Part shown: positions 20,743 to 30,254 of the stretch, in pieces
Position numbering within the stretch: position 1 is the stretch's first letter
Layout of the letters: each line of letters starts with the position of its first letter
Source of the DNA: Thermoproteales archaeon
GTDB lineage: Archaea; Thermoproteota; Thermoprotei; Thermofilales; B69-G16
Length of the DNA stretch: 64,000 bases
Assembly (NCBI GenBank): GCA_021161825.1
Contig: JAGGZW010000130.1
Span: 1,503 to 65,502 of the forward strand
Reading direction: 5' to 3'
Position numbers and translations under genes: made by a program
Notes under the pieces: generated by a model
What the model was told of the DNA's origin: nothing
Database searches by the model: none
The model's input: the letters and a program-made list of their open reading frames with translations, nothing else

Positions 20743-21534
20743 ATGAAGAATGATTTTGAGAGAAAAATAGAACGGCTTGAACGCGAAAGAATAATAAAAT
20801 CTAAATTGACAAAGATCAAAGATAGTGATCTATTTGAAACAGTAGAAGAAGTATTTGATGCAAGAACTATAATGGCACTCTACAATTTAATGAATAAAGG
20901 CGTTATAAAGAAAATATTTGGAGTAGTTGCTGCTGGTAAGGAAGCTCGAGTTTACTGGGCTGAATCGCCCAAGGGTGAAGATTTGGCTGTAAAAATTTTC
21001 CTTGTATCAACAGCGGAGTTTAGACGAGGAATTATGAAGTATATAGATGGCGATCCCAGATTTAAAAAGGTTAGAAAGGATAGGAGGTACATTATACAAT
21101 TGTGGTGCTCTAAAGAATACAAAAATTTAACGACAGCTTACGCGAACGGTATCAGGGTACCAAAGCCTGTCGATAGAGAAGAAAATGTGCTCGTTATGGA
21201 GTTTATTAATTTACCTGGACAGCGTGGTGTCCCTGCGCCGTTATTAAAGGATTATCCTCCTTTAAATCCAGAGAAGGCTTATTCGATAATCGAAAATTAC
21301 ATTATTAAGCTTTACAAGCAGGCTAAGCTAGTGCATGCAGATCTCTCCGAGTATAATATTATGCATCGAAATGGTGAATATATTATAATAGACTGGGGCT
21401 CAGCCGTACATATTGAACATCCAAATGCAAAAAATTTTCTTTTAAGAGATATAAAGATTATCTTCGGATATTTCCGGAAGATGGGCGTTGATACTGCAGA
21501 TCCTGAAGATTTTCTTGAAAAATTACTCGAGTAA
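20743..21534 (+). CDS. rio1: RIO-type serine/threonine kinase (Rio1)
   Basis: GVVAAGKEARVY (ATP loop), LVHADLSEYNI (catalytic loop), IIDWGSAV. The track ORF from 20281 is an antisense read-through of the KH gene. In-frame ATG at 20743. Confidence 0.85.
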   Translation: MKNDFERKIERLERERIIKSKLTKIKDSDLFETVEEVFDARTIMALYNLMNKGVIKKIFGVVAAGKEARVYWAESPKGEDLAVKIFLVSTAEFRRGIMKYIDGDPRFKKVRKDRRYIIQLWCSKEYKNLTTAYANGIRVPKPVDREENVLVMEFINLPGQRGVPAPLLKDYPPLNPEKAYSIIENYIIKLYKQAKLVHADLSEYNIMHRNGEYIIIDWGSAVHIEHPNAKNFLLRDIKIIFGYFRKMGVDTADPEDFLEKLLE

Positions 21535-21852
21535 TTCCTCCAGTTCTTTTAATTGGCCAGCACGGGTTAATCTCTGAACCTCAGTGTTTGTGTATCTATA
21601 CACTATATCGCCTCGCTTATCTCTTTGGAAATCCCATGGTGCAACGAGAACTACGTCTCCAACTCTCATCCAAACTCTCTTCTTCATTTTCCCCGGTATT
21701 CTGCAAAGTCTCGTATATCCATCTGCGCATCTGACTCTAACTCTATCATAACCTAACAGCTGTTCTATAACACCTAATATAAGGTCTCCGCCTGGCAGTG
21801 GGATTTCCTTTTCTTCTTCCGCATCTAATCTTTTTCTTTTTTTCTTGGGCAT
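21523..21852 (-). CDS. eif1a: translation initiation factor aIF-1A
   Basis: OB-fold core RVRCADGYTRLCRIPGKMKKRVWMRVGDVVLV. The 3' end overlaps rio1 by 12 nt (convergent). Confidence 0.9.
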   Translation of the reverse strand: MPKKKRKRLDAEEEKEIPLPGGDLILGVIEQLLGYDRVRVRCADGYTRLCRIPGKMKKRVWMRVGDVVLVAPWDFQRDKRGDIVYRYTNTEVQRLTRAGQLKELEELLE

Positions 21853-21952
21853 CTAATCACCTGACAATATCACACGCTTCATCTCTATATACGTTGTGGT
21901 TTAAACAGTTTACCAATAATTTAACTTTAAACATAAAGTTGTAAACATTAAG

Positions 21953-21991
21953 TTTTTAAGTTATGAAATATTCATGAAGAGCGAAGGTGAT
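21953..21991 (+). promoter_or_regulatory. TATA-like box plus Shine-Dalgarno-like GGTGAT upstream of ppsA
   Basis: TTTTTAAGTTAT at 21953-21964 lies ~43 nt upstream of the GTG start. GGTGAT at 21986-21991 lies 4 nt before the start codon. Confidence 0.3.
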
Positions 21992-21995
21992 GTAA

Positions 21996-24503
21996 GTGTC
22001 TGAGTATGGAATAGAATCCTCCAAGGATAAGACAAAAAAAGAGATACTTTGGTTTGAAGAATTGACAAAAGACGATGTACCCTTGGTAGGCGGGAAGAAC
22101 GCTAACCTTGGTGAAATGCTACGGGCTGGAATCCCTGTTCCTCCGGGTTTCGCAGTCACAGCATATGCCTATAAACGTTTCATAGAAGAAACAGGCATAA
22201 AGAAGGAAATTTATAAAATATTAAAAGAGGAAGTTCCGGCTTCAGCAGCGAAACCGGAAGATTACATGGAGGCTAGCAGACGTATAAGAGAATTAATTGA
22301 AAAAACGCGTATGCCTGCTGATATCGAGGAAGCCATACGTAGAGCATATAGGGAATTGTCGAGAAAGGTAGGGAAGTATGAAGAGTTTGTAGCTGTTAGA
22401 AGCAGCGCCACAGCCGAAGATCTGCCCGGCGCGAGTTTTGCGGGGCAGCAGGAAACATACCTTAATGTCAAAGGCGAAGATGAAGTAGTAGAGAAGGTTC
22501 AAAAATGTTGGGGTAGCTTATTCACGCCAAGAGCAATATTCTATAGAGAACAGAAAGGTTTCGAACATGAAAAAGTTCTAATTAGCGTTGCTGTTCAAAA
22601 AATGGTTAACTCCAAAGCTGCCGGTGTAATGTTCACAATTCACCCAGTAACAGGCGAACAAAATAAGATACTCATAGAGGCAAACTGGGGCTTAGGCGAG
22701 GCAGTGGTTAGCGGAGCAGTCACGCCAGACGAATGGGTTGTAGACAAAAATACCTTAGAAGTTTTAGAAGAAAGAGTTGTAGAGAAAACTGTGGAATATA
22801 TTAGAGATCCAGTTACTGGCAAGACGATTCATGCTGAAGTTCCTCCGGAAAGAAGAAAGATACCTTGCTTGGCAAAAGAGGAAGTTAGAAGACTTGCCGA
22901 ATTAGCCGTTCTTATAGAAAAACACTATGGAATGCCCATGGACATAGAATTTGCTGTTGACCGAGATTTATCTTTTCCTAAAAGCGTGTTCATTGTTCAA
23001 GCCAGACCCGAAACTGTATGGTCAGTTAAAAAAGCTAAACCTGAAGCTGAAAAAGCTATAAGCATATCAGAGGCAAAAATAGTAGCAAAGGGATTGGCTG
23101 CAAGCCCTGGTTTAGCCTACGGCACCGCTAAGGTTTGTCTATCACTAGAAGATGCAAAGAAGCTAATGAAAGATGGCGACATTTTAGTAACCAAAATGAC
23201 GGATCCCGATTGGGTACCATACATGAAAATGGCAGCTGCAATTGTAACGGATGAAGGCGGCATGACCGCGCATGCTGCGATAGTAAGCAGGGAATTAGGA
23301 ATTCCTGCTATTGTAGGTACGCGAGATGCTACTCAAAAAATGAAAACAGGCAAAGATTATACCGTAGACGCGAGATCAGGAATTGTATACGAGGGGAAAG
23401 TTGAAGAATTACTAAAGGAAAAGGAAGAAAGAAAAGCCGAGGCTAGCGCCGTGATTGCAGAGCTAGTAATTAAGCCAGTAACCGGTACTAAAATCTACAT
23501 GAACCTTGGCGTACCAGAAAAAATAAGAGATTACAAGAACCTACCGTTTGATGGCATTGGCTTGATGAGAGTAGAATTTATAATGGCTAGCTATGTCGGT
23601 GAACATCCCTTATATCTGCTTGAAACTGGGAGAGGCGATGTTTTGATCAATAAGATGGCTGAAGGAATAGCGATGGTTGCGCGCGAGATTTACCCACGAC
23701 CCATAGTTGTCAGATTTAGCGACTTTAAGACAAACGAGTATCGCCAGCTTAAAGGTGGTGAGCAGTACGAACCACAGGAGGATAATCCAATGCTTGGCTG
23801 GAGAGGCGTATCAAGATATATCAGTCCACAATATGAAAAAGCGTTCATTTTAGAAATAGAAGCTATAAAGAAAGTACGAGAAGAGATGGGATTGAGTAAT
23901 GTATGGGTTATGGCTCCCTTCGTGCGAACGCTTTGGGAAGCTGAAAAATTTGTGAATTTGCTAAAACATCATGGTCTCGAAAGTGGTAGAGACTTTAAGA
24001 TATGGGCAATGGCTGAAGTACCAAGCGTTGTATTCCTAGCAGAAGAATTTTCAAGGTTCTTCGATGGATTTAGCATAGGAAGCAATGACCTTACACAATT
24101 AACTCTTGGAACTGATCGAGATAGTGCGATCCTACCTAAGATAGATTCGAGATATTTTGATGAGAGAGACCCAGCCGTTAGAACGGCAATTGCCATGCTA
24201 ATAGAAAAAGCGCATAATTCTCCCTACGGTTACCGCACCGTAAGCATATGTGGACAAGCTCCTAGCGTCTATCCAGAATTCACAGAGTTTCTTGTAAGAC
24301 ATGGTATTGACAGCATATCTGTAAACCCAGATGTCGTCGTACGAACTAGAGAACTCGTCGCGGCAGTAGAGCGCCGTATATCAATGGAAAAGTTACTTGG
24401 CATAGTACACGAAGATGAAGATTTAGGTTGGCCTCCGAAGTTAAAGAGAAGAAATAAAGCAAAGCGAGGCCCCGCTGCTTTCGAGGAATTTTACGAATAT
24501 TAA
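21996..24503 (+). CDS. ppsA: phosphoenolpyruvate synthase
   Basis: 835 aa. N-terminal ATP-grasp (GGKNANLGEM), swivelling His domain (GGMTAHAAIVSRELGIPA), and PEP-utilising C-terminal domain (GSNDLTQ). Confidence 0.95.
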   Translation: MSEYGIESSKDKTKKEILWFEELTKDDVPLVGGKNANLGEMLRAGIPVPPGFAVTAYAYKRFIEETGIKKEIYKILKEEVPASAAKPEDYMEASRRIRELIEKTRMPADIEEAIRRAYRELSRKVGKYEEFVAVRSSATAEDLPGASFAGQQETYLNVKGEDEVVEKVQKCWGSLFTPRAIFYREQKGFEHEKVLISVAVQKMVNSKAAGVMFTIHPVTGEQNKILIEANWGLGEAVVSGAVTPDEWVVDKNTLEVLEERVVEKTVEYIRDPVTGKTIHAEVPPERRKIPCLAKEEVRRLAELAVLIEKHYGMPMDIEFAVDRDLSFPKSVFIVQARPETVWSVKKAKPEAEKAISISEAKIVAKGLAASPGLAYGTAKVCLSLEDAKKLMKDGDILVTKMTDPDWVPYMKMAAAIVTDEGGMTAHAAIVSRELGIPAIVGTRDATQKMKTGKDYTVDARSGIVYEGKVEELLKEKEERKAEASAVIAELVIKPVTGTKIYMNLGVPEKIRDYKNLPFDGIGLMRVEFIMASYVGEHPLYLLETGRGDVLINKMAEGIAMVAREIYPRPIVVRFSDFKTNEYRQLKGGEQYEPQEDNPMLGWRGVSRYISPQYEKAFILEIEAIKKVREEMGLSNVWVMAPFVRTLWEAEKFVNLLKHHGLESGRDFKIWAMAEVPSVVFLAEEFSRFFDGFSIGSNDLTQLTLGTDRDSAILPKIDSRYFDERDPAVRTAIAMLIEKAHNSPYGYRTVSICGQAPSVYPEFTEFLVRHGIDSISVNPDVVVRTRELVAAVERRISMEKLLGIVHEDEDLGWPPKLKRRNKAKRGPAAFEEFYEY

Positions 24504-24599
24504 TAACCTGCACATTTTTATTTTCTATATTTCTTATTAAATATTTCAACATTTTACTGGATAAAACTTTTATAATCAAAGTCTAAATAGATTAGTGGT

Positions 24600-24715
24600 G
24601 CGGGGGTGCCCGAGCTAGGTCAAAGGGGGCGGACTTAAGATCTCGAGCAAATAGGGCCGAGAAATAGGAAATCCGTTGGGGAAGCCCTGCCCGGGTTCGA
24701 ATCCCGGCCCCCGCA
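24600..24715 (+). tRNA. tRNA-Leu(UAA) with ~31-nt canonical intron
   Basis: Same body as the other Leu genes. Anticodon arm is GCGGA-CTTAAG[ATCTCGAGCAAATAGGGCCGAGAAATAGGAA]A-TCCGT. Confidence 0.9.
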
Positions 24716-24758
24716 CTCTACCTTACAAAAGCGATTTTAATATTGTCGGTGTGTTAAT

Positions 24759-25514
24759 GTGCAGAATTTAGAAGCTAAATTAAGACTGATTGGTCTATCT
24801 CCTAATGAGATTAAGGCTTATCTCGCGTTGGTGACTCACGGTGGACTAACTGCGTTAGAGCTTAGTGAAAGGACAGGCATACCATCTTCCAAGATATATA
24901 ATGTATTGAAAAAGTTAAGAGAAAGAAACTGGATTATAGTGAAACAAGGACGCCCCTCACTTTATTATCCAGTTCCTCCTATTGAAGCATGGGAATCTAC
25001 TAGGAAAAAGATAATATCGGAGCTTGACGAAGTGGAGAATACCGTTATTGCTGAAATACAACACCTGTATGAAACGACCGCTGTTGAACGGGAATTCATG
25101 CTAGGGTCGTTGTATATAGTTTATGGGTTAGAAACTATCATAGATAGCATAATAGAGATATTAGAGAAAAAATGTAGAGGTTCCATAATGGTGGCGATGC
25201 CTTTTGAGGCAATATTGAATAACGAAAAATTGGTAGAGAAAATTAAATGGTTATCACAAAATTGGGATTTAAAATTGCTAATCAGTAATCAGCTTCAAAA
25301 TTTAATTTATAAAAAATTTAGAGATGCCAGAATGAGCGTAAGAACACGAGACAAATTATTTGGTGGCGGCGTAATATGCGATGAAGTAATATTTATTGTC
25401 GAAAATAGAGACTTGTTTATAGGCTTAAGATCGGGGCTAGACTTTTTCGTTAATCTTGCAAAAATATATTTTGAATATCTCTGGAAGGACAGCGAAATTT
25501 TGTTATTGTCCTAG
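24759..25514 (+). CDS. TrmB-family transcriptional regulator
   Basis: GTG start. N-terminal wHTH LGLSPNEIKAYLALVTHGGLTALELSERTGIPSSKIYNVLKKL. Confidence 0.8.
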   Translation: MQNLEAKLRLIGLSPNEIKAYLALVTHGGLTALELSERTGIPSSKIYNVLKKLRERNWIIVKQGRPSLYYPVPPIEAWESTRKKIISELDEVENTVIAEIQHLYETTAVEREFMLGSLYIVYGLETIIDSIIEILEKKCRGSIMVAMPFEAILNNEKLVEKIKWLSQNWDLKLLISNQLQNLIYKKFRDARMSVRTRDKLFGGGVICDEVIFIVENRDLFIGLRSGLDFFVNLAKIYFEYLWKDSEILLLS

Positions 25515-26696
25515 AATATCCTTGTAAGACAATATTACAAGTTTTTCTGGTATTCTCGTAGCATCGCCAATTCTAGCACCCACTAAAATCTTTGCATCTT
25601 TCGAATACGCTGCATCCACTATTCTCTGCGTAATTATACCATCAAATATGACTGCATAGACAGAGTCTATCTCTTCTTTTAGTAACGATACTAAGTCCCG
25701 TACCGGCACCTCCTTTACAAGCTCCCATTTATCATTATATATTCGCGCTAACAGGGTTCCCTTTAAAGATTCTATATTTTTTATAATATGATCTGGTATT
25801 TTCACCTCAAGCGCCTCTACCTCTGTCATTGCTTCTTCACGTACTTTTTCTGTAGATGCTTTTTCCTTTGAGATGCTTTCAAAATATTCTTCAGCTGGCA
25901 GTTTATTACGTAAGCATTTAGCAATTTCTTTCCCCGTTAGTTCTTCGACTTCTCGCCCAGGTGGGGCGCGTGCCACGTAGTCAATGTCAACAGCTGAGGC
26001 TAAATTTTTAAGTATAAGCTCGCCTCCTCTATCGCCATCGACAAAAGCTATTGTGGTTTTCTTCTTACTTAGTTCCACGATAGTCTTCGGCACAGTAGCT
26101 CCTCCTACGGCTATAACGTTTTTATATCCATGTTTAAGCAAATTAACGACATCGGCTCTTCCTTCTACTATAATAACAGTATCAGCGCGATCCACATCCG
26201 GTCCTGCCGACAATCCTTCAGGACCATATTTTATGACCTCAGCTTCCCTAATCGCTTTCAATACCTCCTCGGTAAGTTCTCTAGTTTCAGGCATCTCTTC
26301 TTTAGACCATTTTCTAAGGATTTCTTTTGCTCGTTCTATTATTTTCTTTCTTTTCTCCGCTCGCACATCTTCAATTCTAAAGACCTTCACCTTAGCCGAA
26401 TAGGGACCTACCTTGTCTACGATCTCTATAGCAGCTGCAATTAGAGCTGTTTCAGCTCTGTCTAAATTTGATGGAATAATAATAGTTCCTCGAATACGAC
26501 CACTTTTATTTTCTAGTTTCACGTCAATTCTCCCTATCCTGCCACTTTTTCTAAGCTCTCTTAGATCAAGATCTTCTCCTAGAATATTCTCCGTTTGCCC
26601 AAAAATCGCTCCTATAATATCCGGTTTTTCAACTATTCCATCCACTTCTATAGATGCATAGATTACGTATTTCGCGTTTACTGGAGGACCACCCAT
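25503..26696 (-). CDS. dnaG: archaeal DnaG primase-like protein (TOPRIM; exosome-associated type)
   Basis: Conserved N-terminus YVIYASIEVDGIVEKPDIIGAIFGQTE, TOPRIM core IIVEGRADV and DGDRGGELI. Confidence 0.9.
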   Translation of the reverse strand: MGGPPVNAKYVIYASIEVDGIVEKPDIIGAIFGQTENILGEDLDLRELRKSGRIGRIDVKLENKSGRIRGTIIIPSNLDRAETALIAAAIEIVDKVGPYSAKVKVFRIEDVRAEKRKKIIERAKEILRKWSKEEMPETRELTEEVLKAIREAEVIKYGPEGLSAGPDVDRADTVIIVEGRADVVNLLKHGYKNVIAVGGATVPKTIVELSKKKTTIAFVDGDRGGELILKNLASAVDIDYVARAPPGREVEELTGKEIAKCLRNKLPAEEYFESISKEKASTEKVREEAMTEVEALEVKIPDHIIKNIESLKGTLLARIYNDKWELVKEVPVRDLVSLLKEEIDSVYAVIFDGIITQRIVDAAYSKDAKILVGARIGDATRIPEKLVILSYKDILGQ

Positions 26697-26779
26697 TGCT
26701 TGTCACCTCTGTTATATGCCAAGTACTCATTTCTTCAAAACCAAAAATGGTATAACGCTATAAAAAAGTAATCATTATA

Positions 26780-26877
26780 GACGTGCCTATCGCCGTCCGG
26801 CACACACGCTCTCCTGGCTAGGCGGTACAACGCCTTAGGCTCCGCGTGCTCTCCTCGGACGGCAGATTCGGCACGTC
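26780..26877. ncRNA. 98-nt GC-rich structured RNA candidate (H/ACA-like extended hairpin; strand unresolved)
   Basis: Nested helices GACGTGCC/GGCACGTC, GCCGTCCG/CGGACGGC, CACGC/GCGTG and AGGCG/CGCCT, with internal loops. TATA-like boxes and T-tracts are present for either orientation. GA-rich internal loops (K-turn-like) exist only in the minus sense. Confidence 0.4.
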
Positions 26878-26974
26878 TTTTATGAATAGACGTATGCAAT
26901 CACTAATAATCTTTGCGTCTTCCTTACGGGATAAATTGATAAAGTTAATATTTGATTAAAGCATAGTTATCAAT

Positions 26975-27043
26975 GCCGGGAGGCGGTCTCTGTCCGAGAC
27001 TGCAAGGCATGCGATGACAGACAGAATACCCACTCCCGGCACA
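26975..27043 (+). ncRNA. H/ACA box sRNA candidate (single hairpin)
   Basis: Lower stem GCCGGGAG/CTCCCGGC followed directly by ACA at 27041-27043. Pocket strands are GCGGTC and ATACCCA. Upper stem is TCTGTC/GACAGA. Apical GAUGA faces GAGA (K-turn-like). ACA lies 15 nt from the upper stem. TATA-like TTGATTAAAG lies ~22 nt upstream. Confidence 0.55.
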
Positions 27044-27101
27044 TTCTAAAGGGAGGAAGATATAAAAGAGAAAATAATGATTTAATGTTTCGGATGGAAG
27101 C

Positions 27102-27311
27102 ATGGTAAGGCCTGAAGAAATTTTCGGCGTTAACGCAGGCAAAGTTTGGGAGGCTTTGAGAGGGGAAGATGGTTTAACAGCTAAAGAAATAGCACAAAAA
27201 ACAGGACTAAAGATAACCGAAGTTTACGCCGCTCTCGGCTGGCTTGGTAGAGAGGGGAAAATAGAAATTATAAAAAATCGCAAAAGACTGCGTTTTCGAT
27301 TACTTGAGTAG
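27102..27311 (+). CDS. small winged-helix protein (DUF2582-like)
   Basis: 69 aa. AGKVWEAL...LTAKEIAQKTGLKITEVYAALGWLGREGKI is a wHTH pattern. Confidence 0.55.
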   Translation: MVRPEEIFGVNAGKVWEALRGEDGLTAKEIAQKTGLKITEVYAALGWLGREGKIEIIKNRKRLRFRLLE

Positions 27312-27437
27312 AACACTTGTTCGATTGCATAGTGTCTCTTCAAAAATGGCTTCTATGTTATCAGCTCTTCTTTTTGAAAGAGCGAGGAAACATATAAATT
27401 TTAAATTTACGACGTATATTAGAATATCAGATAAGGG

Positions 27438-28865
27438 TTGATGCTTATTGTGTTGAAAATTTATAATACACTTACAAAACGCTTAGAGACATTCAGTTCT
27501 GTAAAAGAAGGCAAAGTTACGATGTATGTATGCGGCCCTACTGTTTACGACTATAGTCATATAGGCCACGCAAGAACATATGTAGCTTTTGACGTGATTA
27601 GACGTTATCTTAGATTAAGAGGATACGATGTTTTTTATGTTCAAAATATAACAGATATAGATGATAAAATTATAAACCGCGCTGACAGTGAAGGTGTTGA
27701 TTGGAAAGAAATTGTAGATATTTACACGAAAGATTACATGGAGGCTTTAAATAAGCTAAACATAAAAGTTGACTTACATCCTAGAGTTTCTCAACATATT
27801 AAAGAAATAATCGAATTTATTCAGTTGTTAATTGACAAAGGCTACGCCTATGTCGCACCAAGCGGAAGCGTCTATTTTGAGGTCGATAAATATGAAGATT
27901 ATGGTAGATTAAGCGGTAGACGCGACAAACAACTATGGAGTCAGGAAACTTTTGCCAAAGAAAAGAAAAAACCCTACGACTTTGCACTGTGGAAAGCCGC
28001 AAAACCCGGAGAACCCTGGTGGGATTCTCCATGGGGGGCGGGAAGGCCTGGATGGCATATAGAATGCAGCGTCATGGCTAGCAAGTATTTAGGACAACAA
28101 CTTGACATTCATGGCGGTGGGACAGACCTTATCTTTCCTCATCATGAAAATGAACGCGCGCAAAGCGAAGCAGCGTTTGACGTAAATCCGTGGGTGAAGT
28201 ATTGGATGCATACCGGCATGCTCACTATTAAAGATGAAAAAATGAGCAAATCTCTCGGAAATATCATTTCGCTAAGAGAAGCATTTAAAAAATGGAAACC
28301 TGAAGTCATAAGGCTTTGGTTAGCTTCTGCGCATTACAGGACAATACTATCTTTTTCCGAGGAAGCCCTTAATCAAGCCACGCAAAATTACGATAGATTG
28401 GTGACCACAGTTTACACTTTAAAGAAGCTACTCAAAGAAGCTGAGACAAGTTATAGTTTAAGCTCGAAGAGCATGCATGTTCTTAAAATTCTTGATAATA
28501 TAAGACGTGGATTCTACGCTGCAATGGACGATGACTTTAATGCTAGCAAGGCTTTCAGCTACGTTTACGAATTGACCAATGTAGTTTTTAAATATATAGT
28601 CTCTAATCCCGAGTATACTGTTATTCTAAAAGCTTTTATGTTATTGAAGGAGTTTAACCAGGTATTGGGAGTATTAGACAGGCATTTTGCAGAAGCTTTT
28701 GGAGAAATAAACGTAAGCGCTCTCATAGACCTTATAGTAGAGGTTAGGAGTATACTTAGAAAACGTAAAGATTATGAATTAAGCGATTGGATACGAGATA
28801 ATTTGCAAAAGCTAGGAGTTAAACTACTTGATGACAAAGATAAAACGACATGGTTACTGACATAA
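27438..28865 (+). CDS. cysS: cysteinyl-tRNA synthetase
   Basis: HIGHARTY and KMSKSLGN class I motifs, WHIECS zinc site. 475 aa. Confidence 0.95.
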   Translation: MMLIVLKIYNTLTKRLETFSSVKEGKVTMYVCGPTVYDYSHIGHARTYVAFDVIRRYLRLRGYDVFYVQNITDIDDKIINRADSEGVDWKEIVDIYTKDYMEALNKLNIKVDLHPRVSQHIKEIIEFIQLLIDKGYAYVAPSGSVYFEVDKYEDYGRLSGRRDKQLWSQETFAKEKKKPYDFALWKAAKPGEPWWDSPWGAGRPGWHIECSVMASKYLGQQLDIHGGGTDLIFPHHENERAQSEAAFDVNPWVKYWMHTGMLTIKDEKMSKSLGNIISLREAFKKWKPEVIRLWLASAHYRTILSFSEEALNQATQNYDRLVTTVYTLKKLLKEAETSYSLSSKSMHVLKILDNIRRGFYAAMDDDFNASKAFSYVYELTNVVFKYIVSNPEYTVILKAFMLLKEFNQVLGVLDRHFAEAFGEINVSALIDLIVEVRSILRKRKDYELSDWIRDNLQKLGVKLLDDKDKTTWLLT

Positions 28866-29282
28866 ATCGAATATTTAATTAAGATTTTTTCGACACTATT
28901 TTATACAAGCTTACATTTAGAATCTGTACTATATTTATTCTAGAACGCAACTAAAAACGCTATATTCAATCAGGCTTTAGATATTTTTCAAAAATTATTC
29001 TCGATTCTGTAATAATTAGAGATTCTATACCAAATTTTTGCTCATTACATTCGCAAAAGGGTTATAGAGAGTTATCATTTTAAGATTTTGGACTCGTGGT
29101 ATAAGAGAGTTTAATGATTATTGCCGTAACTGCACGACTTTATGTCTCTAAAAACGCTTACCATTTCTATTTTAAAAAATAAAACACCTTAAATTTTAGC
29201 TTCTACGCTTAGGTCGTAAACGACATCTTTCCTTCAATATGCTACAATTTTAATGAAGTTAAGCCTCTGCCGACAAGACATT

Positions 29283-30170
29283 TTACTTCACGAGATTTCT
29301 TACATATTCTGCTATCAAATTTGCAACTGAAACTTTGGATATGGAGGAAGGTATAGTATCCGTAGCAACTATATCAACAATACCAGACGAAAGTATCCTA
29401 TCATAAGATCCGTCAATGAGGAGTGGATGCGTACAGGCGGCATAAACTTTTCGCGCTCCAAGAGAAATCAAAGTTTTAGCGGCTAATGCTATAGTGCCGC
29501 CAGTACTTATTATGTCGTCAATAATTAGAATCTCTCTATTTTCTACGTTTAACGTTTTCGGTTTTACTGAAATTTCTCCTGTAATTCTATCTCTGAACTT
29601 TTCTAAGTAATCGTAATCACAATTTAAAATCTGTGCTGCTCTTTCTGCTCGTTTAATAGCTCCCATATCAGGCGCCAGAACAAGTGGATTTATTAATTTA
29701 TTCTTGAAATATGAGGCTAACTCTTCAACCGCTGATAAATTTACGTATCCTATTTTTAACCAGTTTTTTAAGCTTTCCTCTTTATGAATATCTACTGTGA
29801 TTAAATAGCTTGCTCCTAAATTTTCTATGCATTTTAGAATTGTTTTTATGCTTACAGCCTCTCCTTGCATGAAACGCTTGTCCTGCCTAGCATATGCCAG
29901 ATAAGGCGCTACTACGATAACTTTTTCTGCACCGAGATCAAAAGCCGCGTCTATCATAAATAAAAGCTGTAGCATATGCCTGTCCTGTGGCGGATATAGG
30001 GATTGGACTATTACAACAGTGTCTTCTAAATCTTTCTCAAAACGAATATAAGTTTCACCGTCAGGGAATAGCTTCCATGTTACTTTTACTAATGGGCTTC
30101 TTAAGATACTACTCATTTTAGACGCTATTCCATTAGACGCAGGACCAGCTATTATCATCATGTTAATCAT
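29283..30170 (-). CDS. prs: ribose-phosphate pyrophosphokinase
   Basis: PRPP-binding loop IIDDIISTGGT, flexible-loop region, ~295 aa. Confidence 0.9.
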   Translation of the reverse strand: MINMMIIAGPASNGIASKMSSILRSPLVKVTWKLFPDGETYIRFEKDLEDTVVIVQSLYPPQDRHMLQLLFMIDAAFDLGAEKVIVVAPYLAYARQDKRFMQGEAVSIKTILKCIENLGASYLITVDIHKEESLKNWLKIGYVNLSAVEELASYFKNKLINPLVLAPDMGAIKRAERAAQILNCDYDYLEKFRDRITGEISVKPKTLNVENREILIIDDIISTGGTIALAAKTLISLGARKVYAACTHPLLIDGSYDRILSSGIVDIVATDTIPSSISKVSVANLIAEYVRNLVK

Positions 30171-30254
30171 TACTAATATACTGAATGACTAAAATAGTTT
30201 TTATCTATCCTGTAATCGAAATGCTTAAGAATACTTGCCATATGAGAAATAGAT

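Noticed and set aside
27013-27040. ACAGAAUACCC..CCCGGC read as the RNase P CR-IV/V motif
   Set aside because: The element is only ~70 nt and has no GAGGAAA CR-I partner. A complete RNase P RNA is present at 58672-59021.
28866-29282. Replication origin in the long AT-rich gap
   Set aside because: I could see no repeated ORB or mini-ORB-like elements or inverted-repeat pairs, and there is no adjacent cdc6/orc1 gene.
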